DNA of 64,000 nt from Spirochaetales bacterium (GTDB taxonomy: Bacteria; Spirochaetota; Spirochaetia; JABEVK01), in NCBI GenBank assembly GCA_037142615.1, contig JBAXAI010000018.1, forward strand, positions 1 to 64,000, read 5' to 3'. The position numbers were made by a program, and so were the translations under genes. Under the pieces are notes generated by a model that had not been told where the DNA came from, did no database searches, and saw nothing but the letters and a program-made list of their open reading frames with translations. Below, piece by piece: positions 37,291 to 46,536 of this stretch. Numbering within the stretch: the stretch's first letter is position 1; each line of letters opens with the position of its first letter.

Positions 37291-39408
37291 ATGTCCGAAT
37301 CCAACGAAGTTCCGACCGGAGTCCCCGCCCTGTTTGGGAGCAAGACCTTTGGCGATGCCACCCAGCGCGCCCGCCTCCCCAAGTCCGTGTACAAGGAACT
37401 GAAGCAAGTCAAGGAAGGCAAAAAAAAGCTGACCCCCGAAGTGGCCGAAGTCGTCGCCAACGCCCTCAAGGATTGGGCCCTCGAGCACGGAGCTACCCAC
37501 TACACTCACTGGTTCCAACCCTTGACCGGCATCACCGCCGAAAAGCACGACTCGTTCATTAGCCCCGTCGGCGATGGCACCATCATCATGGAGTTTTCGG
37601 GCAAGGAACTCATTCAGGGTGAACCCGACGCCTCGTCGTTCCCGTCCGGAGGTCTGCGCGCCACGTTTGAGGCCCGCGGCTACACCGCTTGGGACGCCTC
37701 GTCGCCGGCCTTTCTTAAGAGCGACGCCAGCGGCGTCACGTTGTGTATCCCCACCGCGTTCGTCGGCTACCACGGCCAGGCGCTCGACAAAAAGACCGCT
37801 CTGCTCCGCTCGATGGAAGCCCTGAACGTCCAGGCCGTCCGCGTGCTCAAAGCTCTGGGCAACACGACCAGCAGTCGCGTCACCACCACCGTCGGCCCCG
37901 AGCAGGAATATTTCCTCATCGACGAGGAATACTTCAACGCCCGCCCCGACCTGCTGCTGACCGGCCGCACGGTGCTCGGCACCCTCCCTGCCAAGGGGCA
38001 GGAACTCGAAGACCACTACTTCGGCGCAATCCCCGACAACGTGGCCGGTTTTATGCGCGAGTTCAACGAGGAACTCTGGAAGCTCGGCATCACCGCCAAG
38101 ACCCAGCACAACGAAGTGGCACCCCATCAGTACGAAATTGCGGTGATTTTTGATACCAGCAACGTGTCGGCCGACCAGAACCAGTTGGTGATGGAAACCC
38201 TACGCAAGGTGGCCACGCACCATGGCCTGGCTGGACTCATCCACGAAAAGCCCTTTGCCGGCGTGAACGGCTCGGGCAAGCACAACAACTGGTCTATGGG
38301 TACCGACGACGGGAAGAACCTGCTCGATCCGGGCAAGACCCCCCAGGACAACACCCAGTTCCTGCTGTTCGCCACCGCCGTGATCCAGGCCGTCGACGAG
38401 TACGCTTTGCTGCTGCGTACCGCTGCGGGTAACCCGGGCAACGACCACCGCTTGGGTGCCAACGAGGCTCCCCCGGCCATCATCTCGATCTTCCTCGGCA
38501 GCCAGTTGAGCGACATTCTCGACGCCATCGCCGACGGCAAGGACCTCAAGGCCAAGGAAGGCACCAAGTTGGCGTTGGGGCACAACAGCCTGCCCGACCT
38601 TCCCAAGGACATGACCGACCGCAACCGAACCAGCCCGTTCGCGTTTACCGGCAACAAGTTCGAGTTCCGCATGGTTCCTGCCGGCGATTCGATCAGCGGT
38701 CCCAACGTGGTGCTCAACACCGTGGTGGCCGACAGTCTGGCTCAGTTTGCCGATCGCCTCGAAAAGGCCAAGGACAAGCTGGCGGAAGTCCGCAAGATCA
38801 TCGCCGAAAGCTACAAAGCACACCGAAAAGTGGTGTTCAACGGTAACGGGTACGCTCAGGAATGGCAGGACGAAGCCGCCAAGCGGGGCTTGCCCAACGT
38901 GAAGGCCTGGGTTGACTGTATTCCTGAGCTGGCTTCGAAGAAGAGCGTCGCCCTGTTTGGCAAGCACGCTGTGTTGAGCGCGGAAGAACTGCACAGCCGC
39001 GTCGAGATCTACCTCGAAAAGTACGCCAAGACGATCAACATCGAAGCCGGCGTGATGGTCGAAATGGTGAAGAAGAACATCCTTCCCTCGGCCATCGACT
39101 GGCTGACGGGGTTGGCGGGCAGCATCGAAGTGCTCGAGTCGGCCAAGGTGCCCACCACGGGCGCCACCGCCCAGCTGAAGGAAGCCGGGGCCCTGGTCGA
39201 AAAATCGTACAAGGCCCTGGCCGCGCTCGAAAGCAAGCTTGCCAAGACCCGCGCCATCGACGACATCCACAAGAAGGCAAAGGCCTTCCGTGAAAGCGTC
39301 TTTGCGGCGATGAGCGACGTGCGCAAGGAGGTGGACGCCCTCGAGCGCCTGATGCCGGCCGACTTCTATCCGTACCCGACCTACGAAGACATGCTCTTTC
39401 GCTTTTAG
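37291..39408 (+). CDS. glnA: Glutamine synthetase type III
   Basis: GATHYTHWFQPLTG, EKHDSF, GEPDASSFPSGGLRATFEARGYTAWD, HEKPFAGVNGSGKHNNWS, DRNRTSPFAFTGNKFEFR. Confidence 0.96.
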   Translation: MSESNEVPTGVPALFGSKTFGDATQRARLPKSVYKELKQVKEGKKKLTPEVAEVVANALKDWALEHGATHYTHWFQPLTGITAEKHDSFISPVGDGTIIMEFSGKELIQGEPDASSFPSGGLRATFEARGYTAWDASSPAFLKSDASGVTLCIPTAFVGYHGQALDKKTALLRSMEALNVQAVRVLKALGNTTSSRVTTTVGPEQEYFLIDEEYFNARPDLLLTGRTVLGTLPAKGQELEDHYFGAIPDNVAGFMREFNEELWKLGITAKTQHNEVAPHQYEIAVIFDTSNVSADQNQLVMETLRKVATHHGLAGLIHEKPFAGVNGSGKHNNWSMGTDDGKNLLDPGKTPQDNTQFLLFATAVIQAVDEYALLLRTAAGNPGNDHRLGANEAPPAIISIFLGSQLSDILDAIADGKDLKAKEGTKLALGHNSLPDLPKDMTDRNRTSPFAFTGNKFEFRMVPAGDSISGPNVVLNTVVADSLAQFADRLEKAKDKLAEVRKIIAESYKAHRKVVFNGNGYAQEWQDEAAKRGLPNVKAWVDCIPELASKKSVALFGKHAVLSAEELHSRVEIYLEKYAKTINIEAGVMVEMVKKNILPSAIDWLTGLAGSIEVLESAKVPTTGATAQLKEAGALVEKSYKALAALESKLAKTRAIDDIHKKAKAFRESVFAAMSDVRKEVDALERLMPADFYPYPTYEDMLFRF

Positions 39409-39425
39409 TCCCCTGCGTTGAAACG

Positions 39426-39455
39426 AAGGCCGCCTTTCGGGGCGGCCTTTTTTTT
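39426..39455 (+). terminator. Intrinsic terminator of glnA
   Basis: aaggccgcct-ttcg-gggcggcctt followed by a T-tract. Confidence 0.9.
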
Positions 39456-39477
39456 GTCATCGGGTGTACCATGGGGC

Positions 39478-40584
39478 ATGCCTGTCCCCTCTGCCTCAGT
39501 CCGGCTCGTGAATGTCTCCAAAACCTTCCGCTCCGCCGATCGGGTCGGGCCGGGGTCGGCCATCGGTGCTGTGGTCGAAGGCAACCTGCTGCGCGAGATG
39601 GTGTCGGGTACGGCAAGTTCCTTCACCCTGAGCAACCTCAACCTCGAGTTTCCCGCCGGCAAGACCTCGGTGATTCTGGGGCCCTCGGGGTGCGGCAAGA
39701 GCTCCCTTTTGCGGTTGCTGGCGGGGTTCGAGCCCCCCGATCGCGGGAGTATTTTCTTTGGCGAAAATGACATGACCCGGTCCAGGCCCTCGGAACGCGG
39801 GCTCGGAATGGTGTTTCAAGACTACGCCTTGTACCCCAACCTCAAGGCCGAGACCAACGTGCTCAGTTGGTTCGCGTTCCGTAAGCCTACGCCGGTGCTT
39901 GCCGAGGAAGCACGCCTCAAGCTGGAACGAACCGCGCAGTTGCTGGGGGTGTCGCTTACCAGTCTGCTCGGACGGATGCCCAAGGGACTTTCCGGCGGTG
40001 AGCGTCAGCGGGTTGCCCTTGGCCGATGCCTCACCCGGGATCCCCGGCTTTTTCTTTTGGACGAACCGTTTTCCAGCCTGGATGCGCCGCTGCGCGAACG
40101 TTACCGGGTCGAACTGCGCCGACTGCTCACAGAGTTCCACATCACCACGGTGCTGGTGACCCACGATCAGCAGGAGGCGTCGGTGCTAGCCGACAGACTG
40201 TTCGTGATGGACCAAGGCCGCGTCGTGCAGGAAGGCTCTCCGCGCGAGTTGACCGAGTCACCGGTCAGCCGGTTTGTGGCCGAGTTTTGGAATCCCGATC
40301 CCCTGCTTCCGGCAATGATCTGGTTGCAATTCGAGGGTGAGACGGTCGGCTTCCGTCCCCACGACCTGACTATCCTACCGCTGGCTTCACTGGCCGCCGA
40401 TCGGCCCCCCCAGAGTGAGTTTCTGCCGGTCACAGTCCTTGGAGGTGCAGACCTTGCGTTCGGAGGGCGCCGGGTACTTCAGGTTCAGCTTCAGGGCCAA
40501 ACCGTTCCGGTGCCGCTGCGTGACGGAATGCCTCTTGCGCCCGGGCCCGCTTTGCTCACCTGGACCCGCGTTCTGAGATTCTAG
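39478..40584 (+). CDS. Orphan ABC ATP-binding protein (MalK/PotA-like)
   Basis: GPSGCGKS, VFQDYALYP, LSGGERQRVALGR, LDEPFS, VTHDQ. Confidence 0.88.
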   Translation: MPVPSASVRLVNVSKTFRSADRVGPGSAIGAVVEGNLLREMVSGTASSFTLSNLNLEFPAGKTSVILGPSGCGKSSLLRLLAGFEPPDRGSIFFGENDMTRSRPSERGLGMVFQDYALYPNLKAETNVLSWFAFRKPTPVLAEEARLKLERTAQLLGVSLTSLLGRMPKGLSGGERQRVALGRCLTRDPRLFLLDEPFSSLDAPLRERYRVELRRLLTEFHITTVLVTHDQQEASVLADRLFVMDQGRVVQEGSPRELTESPVSRFVAEFWNPDPLLPAMIWLQFEGETVGFRPHDLTILPLASLAADRPPQSEFLPVTVLGGADLAFGGRRVLQVQLQGQTVPVPLRDGMPLAPGPALLTWTRVLRF

Positions 40585-40619
40585 GCGCCGCAATCCCGTA
40601 CCGGCGCAAGACCCAGGGC

Positions 40620-40649
40620 AAAAAAAAACCGCTCCCCAACGGAGCGGTT
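40620..40649 (-). terminator. Intrinsic terminator of rpmB
   Basis: Minus strand aaccgctcc-gttg-gggagcgg followed by a T-tract. Confidence 0.85.
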
Positions 40650-40680
40650 CGCTTGTCCCAGCGGTTGCCGGGCAAAAGCC

Positions 40681-40908
40681 TCAGACCTTAACGATCTTGT
40701 TGGCCTTGAGGCAAGACGTGCAGATCTTGATGTGCTGAACGGTGGAGTTCAGAACCGTTTTGACTTTGACGATGTTGGCTTTGAAGGTCCGCTTGGTGCG
40801 CACACCAACGTGCTGACCAGCACCACCCTGCTTCTTCGGCTGACCTTTGCGAGGAACGTTGTTCCCGGACATGGTGCCCTTTCCGCAAATTTCACATTTT
40901 CTGGCCAT
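40681..40908 (-). CDS. rpmB: 50S ribosomal protein L28 (four Cys, Gly/Lys-rich insert)
   Basis: MARKCEICGK...GN.V...TKRTFKAN...CTSCLK. Confidence 0.93.
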   Translation of the reverse strand: MARKCEICGKGTMSGNNVPRKGQPKKQGGAGQHVGVRTKRTFKANIVKVKTVLNSTVQHIKICTSCLKANKIVKV

Positions 40909-41008
40909 AAGAATACCCCTTCCTGAAACTCTAGGGCAAAAACCTAGCATGAGAGCGAGGTGCGTGTAAAGTCCTGCAAAACAGGTTTGGATGTTTTAGA
41001 CTAGGAGG

Positions 41009-43444
41009 ATGAAGCGTCTTTCTGCCCGCCCCCTGATGGTGTGGCTCACTTTCTTCCTCATCACCTTGGCCGTGGGGTCGACCCTTGCCCTCAACCGTTT
41101 GAACAACCGCGACCGGGTGGTTACCGAGAAAGCGCAATGGATGGGCACGTTGGCCCGCGTGATCGACAAGACTATTTCCAATCAGTTGGTGCTGGCTTCT
41201 CACGTGCTCGATTCGCTCCGCGACGGTGTCTACGTGCATTCGCAGGATATCAATCAGTTGGCCTCGACGTTGCCGGGCATCCGCACCATTCTTCAAACCG
41301 ATGTCTCGGGCCGGGTCATTGCGTCGAGTCGTCCGGAGTTGATGGACACGAGTCTGGCCGAGTCGGCTGTGTTCCGCGAGCTTCGCGAGGCCACCGGTCG
41401 GCTGGGTTTTTCGCTGAGTGAACCCGCCGAATCGCTAGGCGGCACTCCCATCATTTTCGGTGTTAAAAAGGTCACCGACTCCCAGGGGAACTTCGCCGGT
41501 ATCGTCGCGGTCGCGTTTGACCCGGAGTACTATCGGAACCTCCTGGACTCGGTTCGCGACGACCCGCAAATGTGGGTCCGCCTCTACCACGGTGCTGACC
41601 TGCTCTACCTTGAGCTCAATGACGGTCAGGCTCCCTCGCAAGAAAGCCGAGTTGCTTTGTCAACCGACTATGCGCAATACCGGTTGCACAGCCTGACAGC
41701 GTGGACCGTCTCGGAACCTTCGCCGCCGGCGAGTGGACTTCCGAGGGTCGCGGCCTTTCGAACCATCAACCCAACGGGGCTCGCATTGGACCACCCGCTC
41801 ATTATTGAGGTCGGTGAGGACCTGAGGCCGACTTTGGCTCAACTGCAGCGCGGAGAAGTGATGGTCTGGTTGCTGTTTGTTTTGGGGGTCGCGGTCGCGG
41901 CGGTTCTTCTGGTACTTTACAACTGGCGGCAAAGGAAGCACCGAAACGAAAACCGCCGCTTCACCGCGCTTCTTCAAGAGTCCTCCCTTCGTTTTCAACT
42001 GGCGACCGAAGCGGCGAGGCTGGGCGTGTGGGAATGGAACCCCGCTACCGACGTGCTCACCTGGGATTCCCAGATGCAGAGGCTCTACGGTGCCGACCCC
42101 AAGGGGCCGCCTCCGGAAATGGCCTCGTGGATGGCGATGATCGTCGAAGAGGATCGGGCGTTGGCACAACGGCAGCTTCAGATCTGCGTGAACACGCGTG
42201 AACCCTCGCATCGGACGTTCCGTATCCACCGGGGTGGTGAAGTGCGGTGGATTCAGTGTAACGCCCGCTTTTACCGTCAGCAGGGGGAATCTCCGGCCCG
42301 CGTGATCGGCATCAACGAAGACATCACGGCTCGGGTCGAAAGCGCCAACAACCTCGTGGCCAGTGAACGGTTCCTCAAGACGATCACCGAGAAGATCCCG
42401 ACGATGATCGCCTATTTCGACGCTGACGAGGTGTGCCGCTTCGCCAACGACGGTTACGCTTTTTCACACGCACGGCGGCCCGAGGAACTCTTGGGCAAGA
42501 CCATTTCGGAGATCCTCGGTGAAAACCTGTATGGGCAACGCAAGGCCCTGATTGAGCAGGCGAAGGCGGGTTTGCCCAGCGAGTTGCAGGCCACGTCTGA
42601 GAATGCGCACGGTGTATCGGCCCAACTGTGGATCCACTACATTCCGGACTTGAGCGGCAGCACGATTCAGGGCTTCTTCGTTCTCGTCGATGATGTCAGT
42701 GAACTCCGGTCTGCCCAGGCCCAGTTGGAGGCCCAACAGGGACGCCTCATCCTTAACTCCCGGATGGCTCAGATGGGCCAGTTGCTTAGCTTGATCGCGC
42801 ACCAGTGGCGCCAGCCCCTGACGGTGATTAGCACTCTGGTGGGCAACATTCAGCTCAAGGCGCAGCTGGCATCACTCGACTCGGAGTACTTAATGCCAAA
42901 ACTGGCCAAAATCGGCCAGACGGTGGTGAATCTATCCGACACGATCGACACGTTAAGGTTGTTCTACGCCCCTGCCAAACAGAAAGACAAGGCAGACCTT
43001 GGTGATTTGACTTCGAAGGCCCTGGAGTTGCTCGCGCCCGTCCTCAAGACCGAGACTCTTGAGGTCCGCTTCGATCCACCGCAGCCACCGCTTTGGTCCA
43101 CCGTGTTCCGGGCCGAGCTCATGCAGGTCATCATCGAACTCATCGGAAACGCCCGCAGCGCTTTGAGTGGACGCTCGGGTTGGGTTTCGATTGTCTGGTC
43201 GGTGCAAGGCAGCGACACCGTGCTCGAAATGTCGAACAACGGCGGGGCGATTGCCGACAATGTTCTCCCCAAGATTTTTTTGCCACACTATACTTCCAGT
43301 GCCGAAGGGGCCGGTACGGGTATGGGTCTCCACATGGTAAAGGTCATCATCGAAGACCACCACGGCGGTACCATCCGCGCCTCAAGTGACGGCGATGTGA
43401 CGCTCTTCCGGATTTCGCTCCCCACGGAGGTTCCTGTTTCATGA
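41009..43444 (+). CDS. Sensor histidine kinase: TM, Cache-like domain, TM, 2 PAS, HisKA, HATPase
   Basis: LGVWEW PAS, FAN..Y PAS, IAHQWRQPL H-box, GTGMGL. Confidence 0.9.
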   Translation: MKRLSARPLMVWLTFFLITLAVGSTLALNRLNNRDRVVTEKAQWMGTLARVIDKTISNQLVLASHVLDSLRDGVYVHSQDINQLASTLPGIRTILQTDVSGRVIASSRPELMDTSLAESAVFRELREATGRLGFSLSEPAESLGGTPIIFGVKKVTDSQGNFAGIVAVAFDPEYYRNLLDSVRDDPQMWVRLYHGADLLYLELNDGQAPSQESRVALSTDYAQYRLHSLTAWTVSEPSPPASGLPRVAAFRTINPTGLALDHPLIIEVGEDLRPTLAQLQRGEVMVWLLFVLGVAVAAVLLVLYNWRQRKHRNENRRFTALLQESSLRFQLATEAARLGVWEWNPATDVLTWDSQMQRLYGADPKGPPPEMASWMAMIVEEDRALAQRQLQICVNTREPSHRTFRIHRGGEVRWIQCNARFYRQQGESPARVIGINEDITARVESANNLVASERFLKTITEKIPTMIAYFDADEVCRFANDGYAFSHARRPEELLGKTISEILGENLYGQRKALIEQAKAGLPSELQATSENAHGVSAQLWIHYIPDLSGSTIQGFFVLVDDVSELRSAQAQLEAQQGRLILNSRMAQMGQLLSLIAHQWRQPLTVISTLVGNIQLKAQLASLDSEYLMPKLAKIGQTVVNLSDTIDTLRLFYAPAKQKDKADLGDLTSKALELLAPVLKTETLEVRFDPPQPPLWSTVFRAELMQVIIELIGNARSALSGRSGWVSIVWSVQGSDTVLEMSNNGGAIADNVLPKIFLPHYTSSAEGAGTGMGLHMVKVIIEDHHGGTIRASSDGDVTLFRISLPTEVPVS

Positions 43445-44640
43445 TCAGCCTTTCGACCACACCGTCTCCGTTCCTCCAGCGAATTTTGGCGCTTTCCCGC
43501 GAAGCCACCGTCCTCTACGTCGAAGACGAGGCAGAGATACGGCAGGAGATGACCGAGATCCTTACCTCGCTTTTTCCCGAGGTGGTCACGGCTTCCAACG
43601 GTCGCGACGGGCTGGAACTTCTGCGCAGCCGTGAGTTTCTTCTTGTGATCACCGATATCAACATGCCCGTGATGAGTGGTATCGAGATGATCGCCGAAGT
43701 CCGTACCTTTCGACCTCACCAGTCGATTCTGGTGACTTCGGCGTACAGCGATGCCAACAACCTCATTCCGTTGCTCAACCTGGGCGTCGGTAGCTTCCTC
43801 CTCAAGCCGCTCAACTGGGAGCAGCTGTTGCCGACTTTGTACAAGGAACTCTCGATGGCTTTGTCGGCCCAGCAGGAAATTCGTTATCAGCAGAGGCTGG
43901 CCAAAGAAGTGGAGTTGCGCACGGCCGAGCTCCACGAGGCCCAACAACAAGTGCTGAAATTGAGCGAGGCCAAGGACAACATGCTGGCGCTGATCAGTCA
44001 CGAGATGCGAACGCCCCTGAACGCTATCCTGGGGTTTCTCGACTTGGTGCGGCCCGCCTTGGCGGCTGACCAGGAGGCCTTGGGCTACCTCCAGTTCATC
44101 GACCAGGCCTCACGGAGGCTCGATCGGTCCACCCAGAAGGCTCTGGAGTTCAGTCAGTTTTCGACGGGCAAGAAGAGCATCCACCTCGACGAGTTCCCGG
44201 TCCAACCGCTGTTGACCCAGGTTTGGGGCCAGGTGCTGGAGTCGCTCCACCCCGACAATCGGCCGCAGTTCAATTGCGACGCCGTCGCAGGTCGATCCCT
44301 GTTCAGCGACAGCGACCTGGTGACCGAGGCCGTACGAAACCTGTTCGAGAACGCGATCAAGTATGGTGGTGAACACCCTCAGGTCGAGGTCAGTCTGGTG
44401 GCCCGCTCGGTCTGGCTGGAACTGACCGTACGCGACCATGGGCCGGGTTTCAACACTGTTGCGCTCGCGCAACTGTTCACGCCCTTCATGTCAGGAAACA
44501 TCATGCACCATTCCGAGGGAATGGGGCTGGGGCTGGCTCTGGTTGATGTGATCCTGCTCACGTTGGGCGGAAAGGCCAGCGGCGGCAACGCCTCCGACGG
44601 CGGGGCCTGGGTCACTCTTTCGTTCCCGATAGGGCGGTGA
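43441..44640 (+). CDS. Hybrid REC-HisKA-HATPase protein
   Basis: VEDE, TDINMP, LLKP; SHEMRTPLN, ENAIKY, DHGPG, GMGLGL. Confidence 0.9.
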   Translation: MISLSTTPSPFLQRILALSREATVLYVEDEAEIRQEMTEILTSLFPEVVTASNGRDGLELLRSREFLLVITDINMPVMSGIEMIAEVRTFRPHQSILVTSAYSDANNLIPLLNLGVGSFLLKPLNWEQLLPTLYKELSMALSAQQEIRYQQRLAKEVELRTAELHEAQQQVLKLSEAKDNMLALISHEMRTPLNAILGFLDLVRPALAADQEALGYLQFIDQASRRLDRSTQKALEFSQFSTGKKSIHLDEFPVQPLLTQVWGQVLESLHPDNRPQFNCDAVAGRSLFSDSDLVTEAVRNLFENAIKYGGEHPQVEVSLVARSVWLELTVRDHGPGFNTVALAQLFTPFMSGNIMHHSEGMGLGLALVDVILLTLGGKASGGNASDGGAWVTLSFPIGR

Positions 44641-46096
44641 CCGATTCCAAGTTTCCGGAAATGACCCCGAAAAGTCGCCCTGCCAAGGCCTCGAGGTCGG
44701 CGCTGGCGACGAGGAGTTCCGCTACAACCTGTGCGCGCTGAGCCGGACTCAAGTTGGTGCTGCGGGCCAGAACCCGGTTGCCGAAGTACGAGGGCCACGC
44801 ACCGCGCCCCTGCTGAAGCACGTAGGCCTGGAACTCGTTGATCATCAGGGGCTCATCGGTGGGATCATACTGGGAGAATGCCAGAAAGCTCCGAAAGGCC
44901 TTTTTGGTCCCTTCGCTCAGCTGATTCCAGCGGTCGCGCACCCCCCGCCGAAACTCGTCGCTGGTAAAATACAGGCCATGGAAGCCTTCGTGAGTGAACA
45001 GAAACCCTCGGAGGGTCGGCGGTGACTCGGCACTGACGCCCAGCACGGCACCTTGGCCCGCCTTCCAGCCCCCGCCCTCGACGAGCAGGATTCCCGAAGC
45101 CACCAATCGCTCCCGAAGCTCGAGCTCGCTCGGATTCAGCGGAAATTGGCGGACCGCGGCCAGCGAATAGAAGTTGGCCAGATCGCTCGCTGCGTAGTCA
45201 TGGGCGTTCCAGCCGTGCTGCCCCGCCAGAGCCTCGTCGCTGACCAAAGTTCCCCGGGTGCCCGTTTTTTCGACAAAAAAGGCCAACCGTTTGAAATAAT
45301 CGTCTTGCACGGCGTACGAGGCGGTGACCAACACCAGGACGTTCGGCGCGGTCGCCCAGGCAAACCACTCGCGCGCGGAATTGCGCCACTGGGCATGCGG
45401 CCAGACGAGCAGCGTCGCCGTGTCGGCCGGCAAGGGTTGGTCGCCGGCGATACCCGTGGCTCTGAGCTCACGAGGCGAAAAATCCGCGTCGGTGGCCGCG
45501 CTGAGCGTGACCAGCCGGGGGGGCACGCCCCACGCCTGCGGCGAATAGGCCCATTTTGTGACTTCCGGACCCAGTTCAAAGCGTTTTGACACACCCTCGC
45601 CACTGACTGTCGCCTCCCACGGGCCTTTCGCCCGAACGTCAAGGATCAGTTGCGGTGTGAAAGACGGGGCGGCATTCCAGGCCGGAAACTCAAACTGGTA
45701 CAAGGGATGTCCGGACCTCAGGCGGGTTACCTGAAGCTCGTTGCCCTCTGCCGGCCTCTTTGTGGTTCGAAGCGTTGCCACTGCAGACTTCCAGACACCG
45801 CTCACGCTGACGCGGAGGGTGCCGGGAGGAAGAGGCCACGACCAGGTGACCGGCAAGCCCGCGACGAGGGGCAATTCGGCGAGCGTGCGGAAGCCGGCGC
45901 CTTCGAGCAGCAGGTGAACTTGAAGCGCTCCGCTCAGTGGGCCGATGACAACCCATGGATGTTGACTGGCCTCGTCCGCTGATAGGGACAAGACCGATTT
46001 CTGCGCCCCGCCGAGCGTCAGCGTTCCTAAAGAAAGGGCCCACGCCGGGGGGACCAAAAGGCACCCCAAAAGCAGCAGGTTGATCTTGCGTCGCAT
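44612..46096 (-). CDS. Exported hypothetical protein with an HExxH motif
   Basis: Signal peptide; KRLAFFVEK, HGWNAHDY, THEGFHG, NEFQAY. Confidence 0.7.
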   Translation of the reverse strand: MRRKINLLLLGCLLVPPAWALSLGTLTLGGAQKSVLSLSADEASQHPWVVIGPLSGALQVHLLLEGAGFRTLAELPLVAGLPVTWSWPLPPGTLRVSVSGVWKSAVATLRTTKRPAEGNELQVTRLRSGHPLYQFEFPAWNAAPSFTPQLILDVRAKGPWEATVSGEGVSKRFELGPEVTKWAYSPQAWGVPPRLVTLSAATDADFSPRELRATGIAGDQPLPADTATLLVWPHAQWRNSAREWFAWATAPNVLVLVTASYAVQDDYFKRLAFFVEKTGTRGTLVSDEALAGQHGWNAHDYAASDLANFYSLAAVRQFPLNPSELELRERLVASGILLVEGGGWKAGQGAVLGVSAESPPTLRGFLFTHEGFHGLYFTSDEFRRGVRDRWNQLSEGTKKAFRSFLAFSQYDPTDEPLMINEFQAYVLQQGRGAWPSYFGNRVLARSTNLSPAQRAQVVAELLVASADLEALAGRLFGVISGNLESVTALSGTKE

Positions 46097-46125
46097 GAGG
46101 CCATACTATCACGGGTGGAAACCCG

Positions 46126-46536
46126 ATGAAACAACGCTACCTTGTCTGGATGCCTCCCGACGGCGATGCCCGACTTACCACCCTGCAGGACGACTTGGCT
46201 TTCTCCTCCGGTCGCGCCGAGTTTGGCGCCCGGCCGCCTCACCTGATGCTGCCTGAGGGAACCCCGCGTCCAACGTCTCCGGTTCGCACCGGAGCCTGGG
46301 TGGATTCCCCAGAGGGTCTTTTTCTCGAGCTGTTTGAGGGAAAACGACTTCTTGGCCTTGTTCGCCTGGCCGAAGCGTGGAGGGTCGAGGCAGGGAAGGT
46401 GCCCCGGCCGGCGGAGGATTGGGGCGAAGCCCCCGTCTGGACCTGGCGACGGGGCAAATGGGCGATGATGACCGTCTGGACCGGCTCGACTTCGCTGAGT
46501 TGGAGCTTCGAACCGGTTTCCGGCTGGAAGGCTTAG
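46126..46536 (+). CDS. Hypothetical protein
   Basis: 136-aa globular-looking ORF with Trp-rich C-terminus; overlapped by the low-complexity tail of the opposite ORF. Confidence 0.5.
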   Translation: MKQRYLVWMPPDGDARLTTLQDDLAFSSGRAEFGARPPHLMLPEGTPRPTSPVRTGAWVDSPEGLFLELFEGKRLLGLVRLAEAWRVEAGKVPRPAEDWGEAPVWTWRRGKWAMMTVWTGSTSLSWSFEPVSGWKA

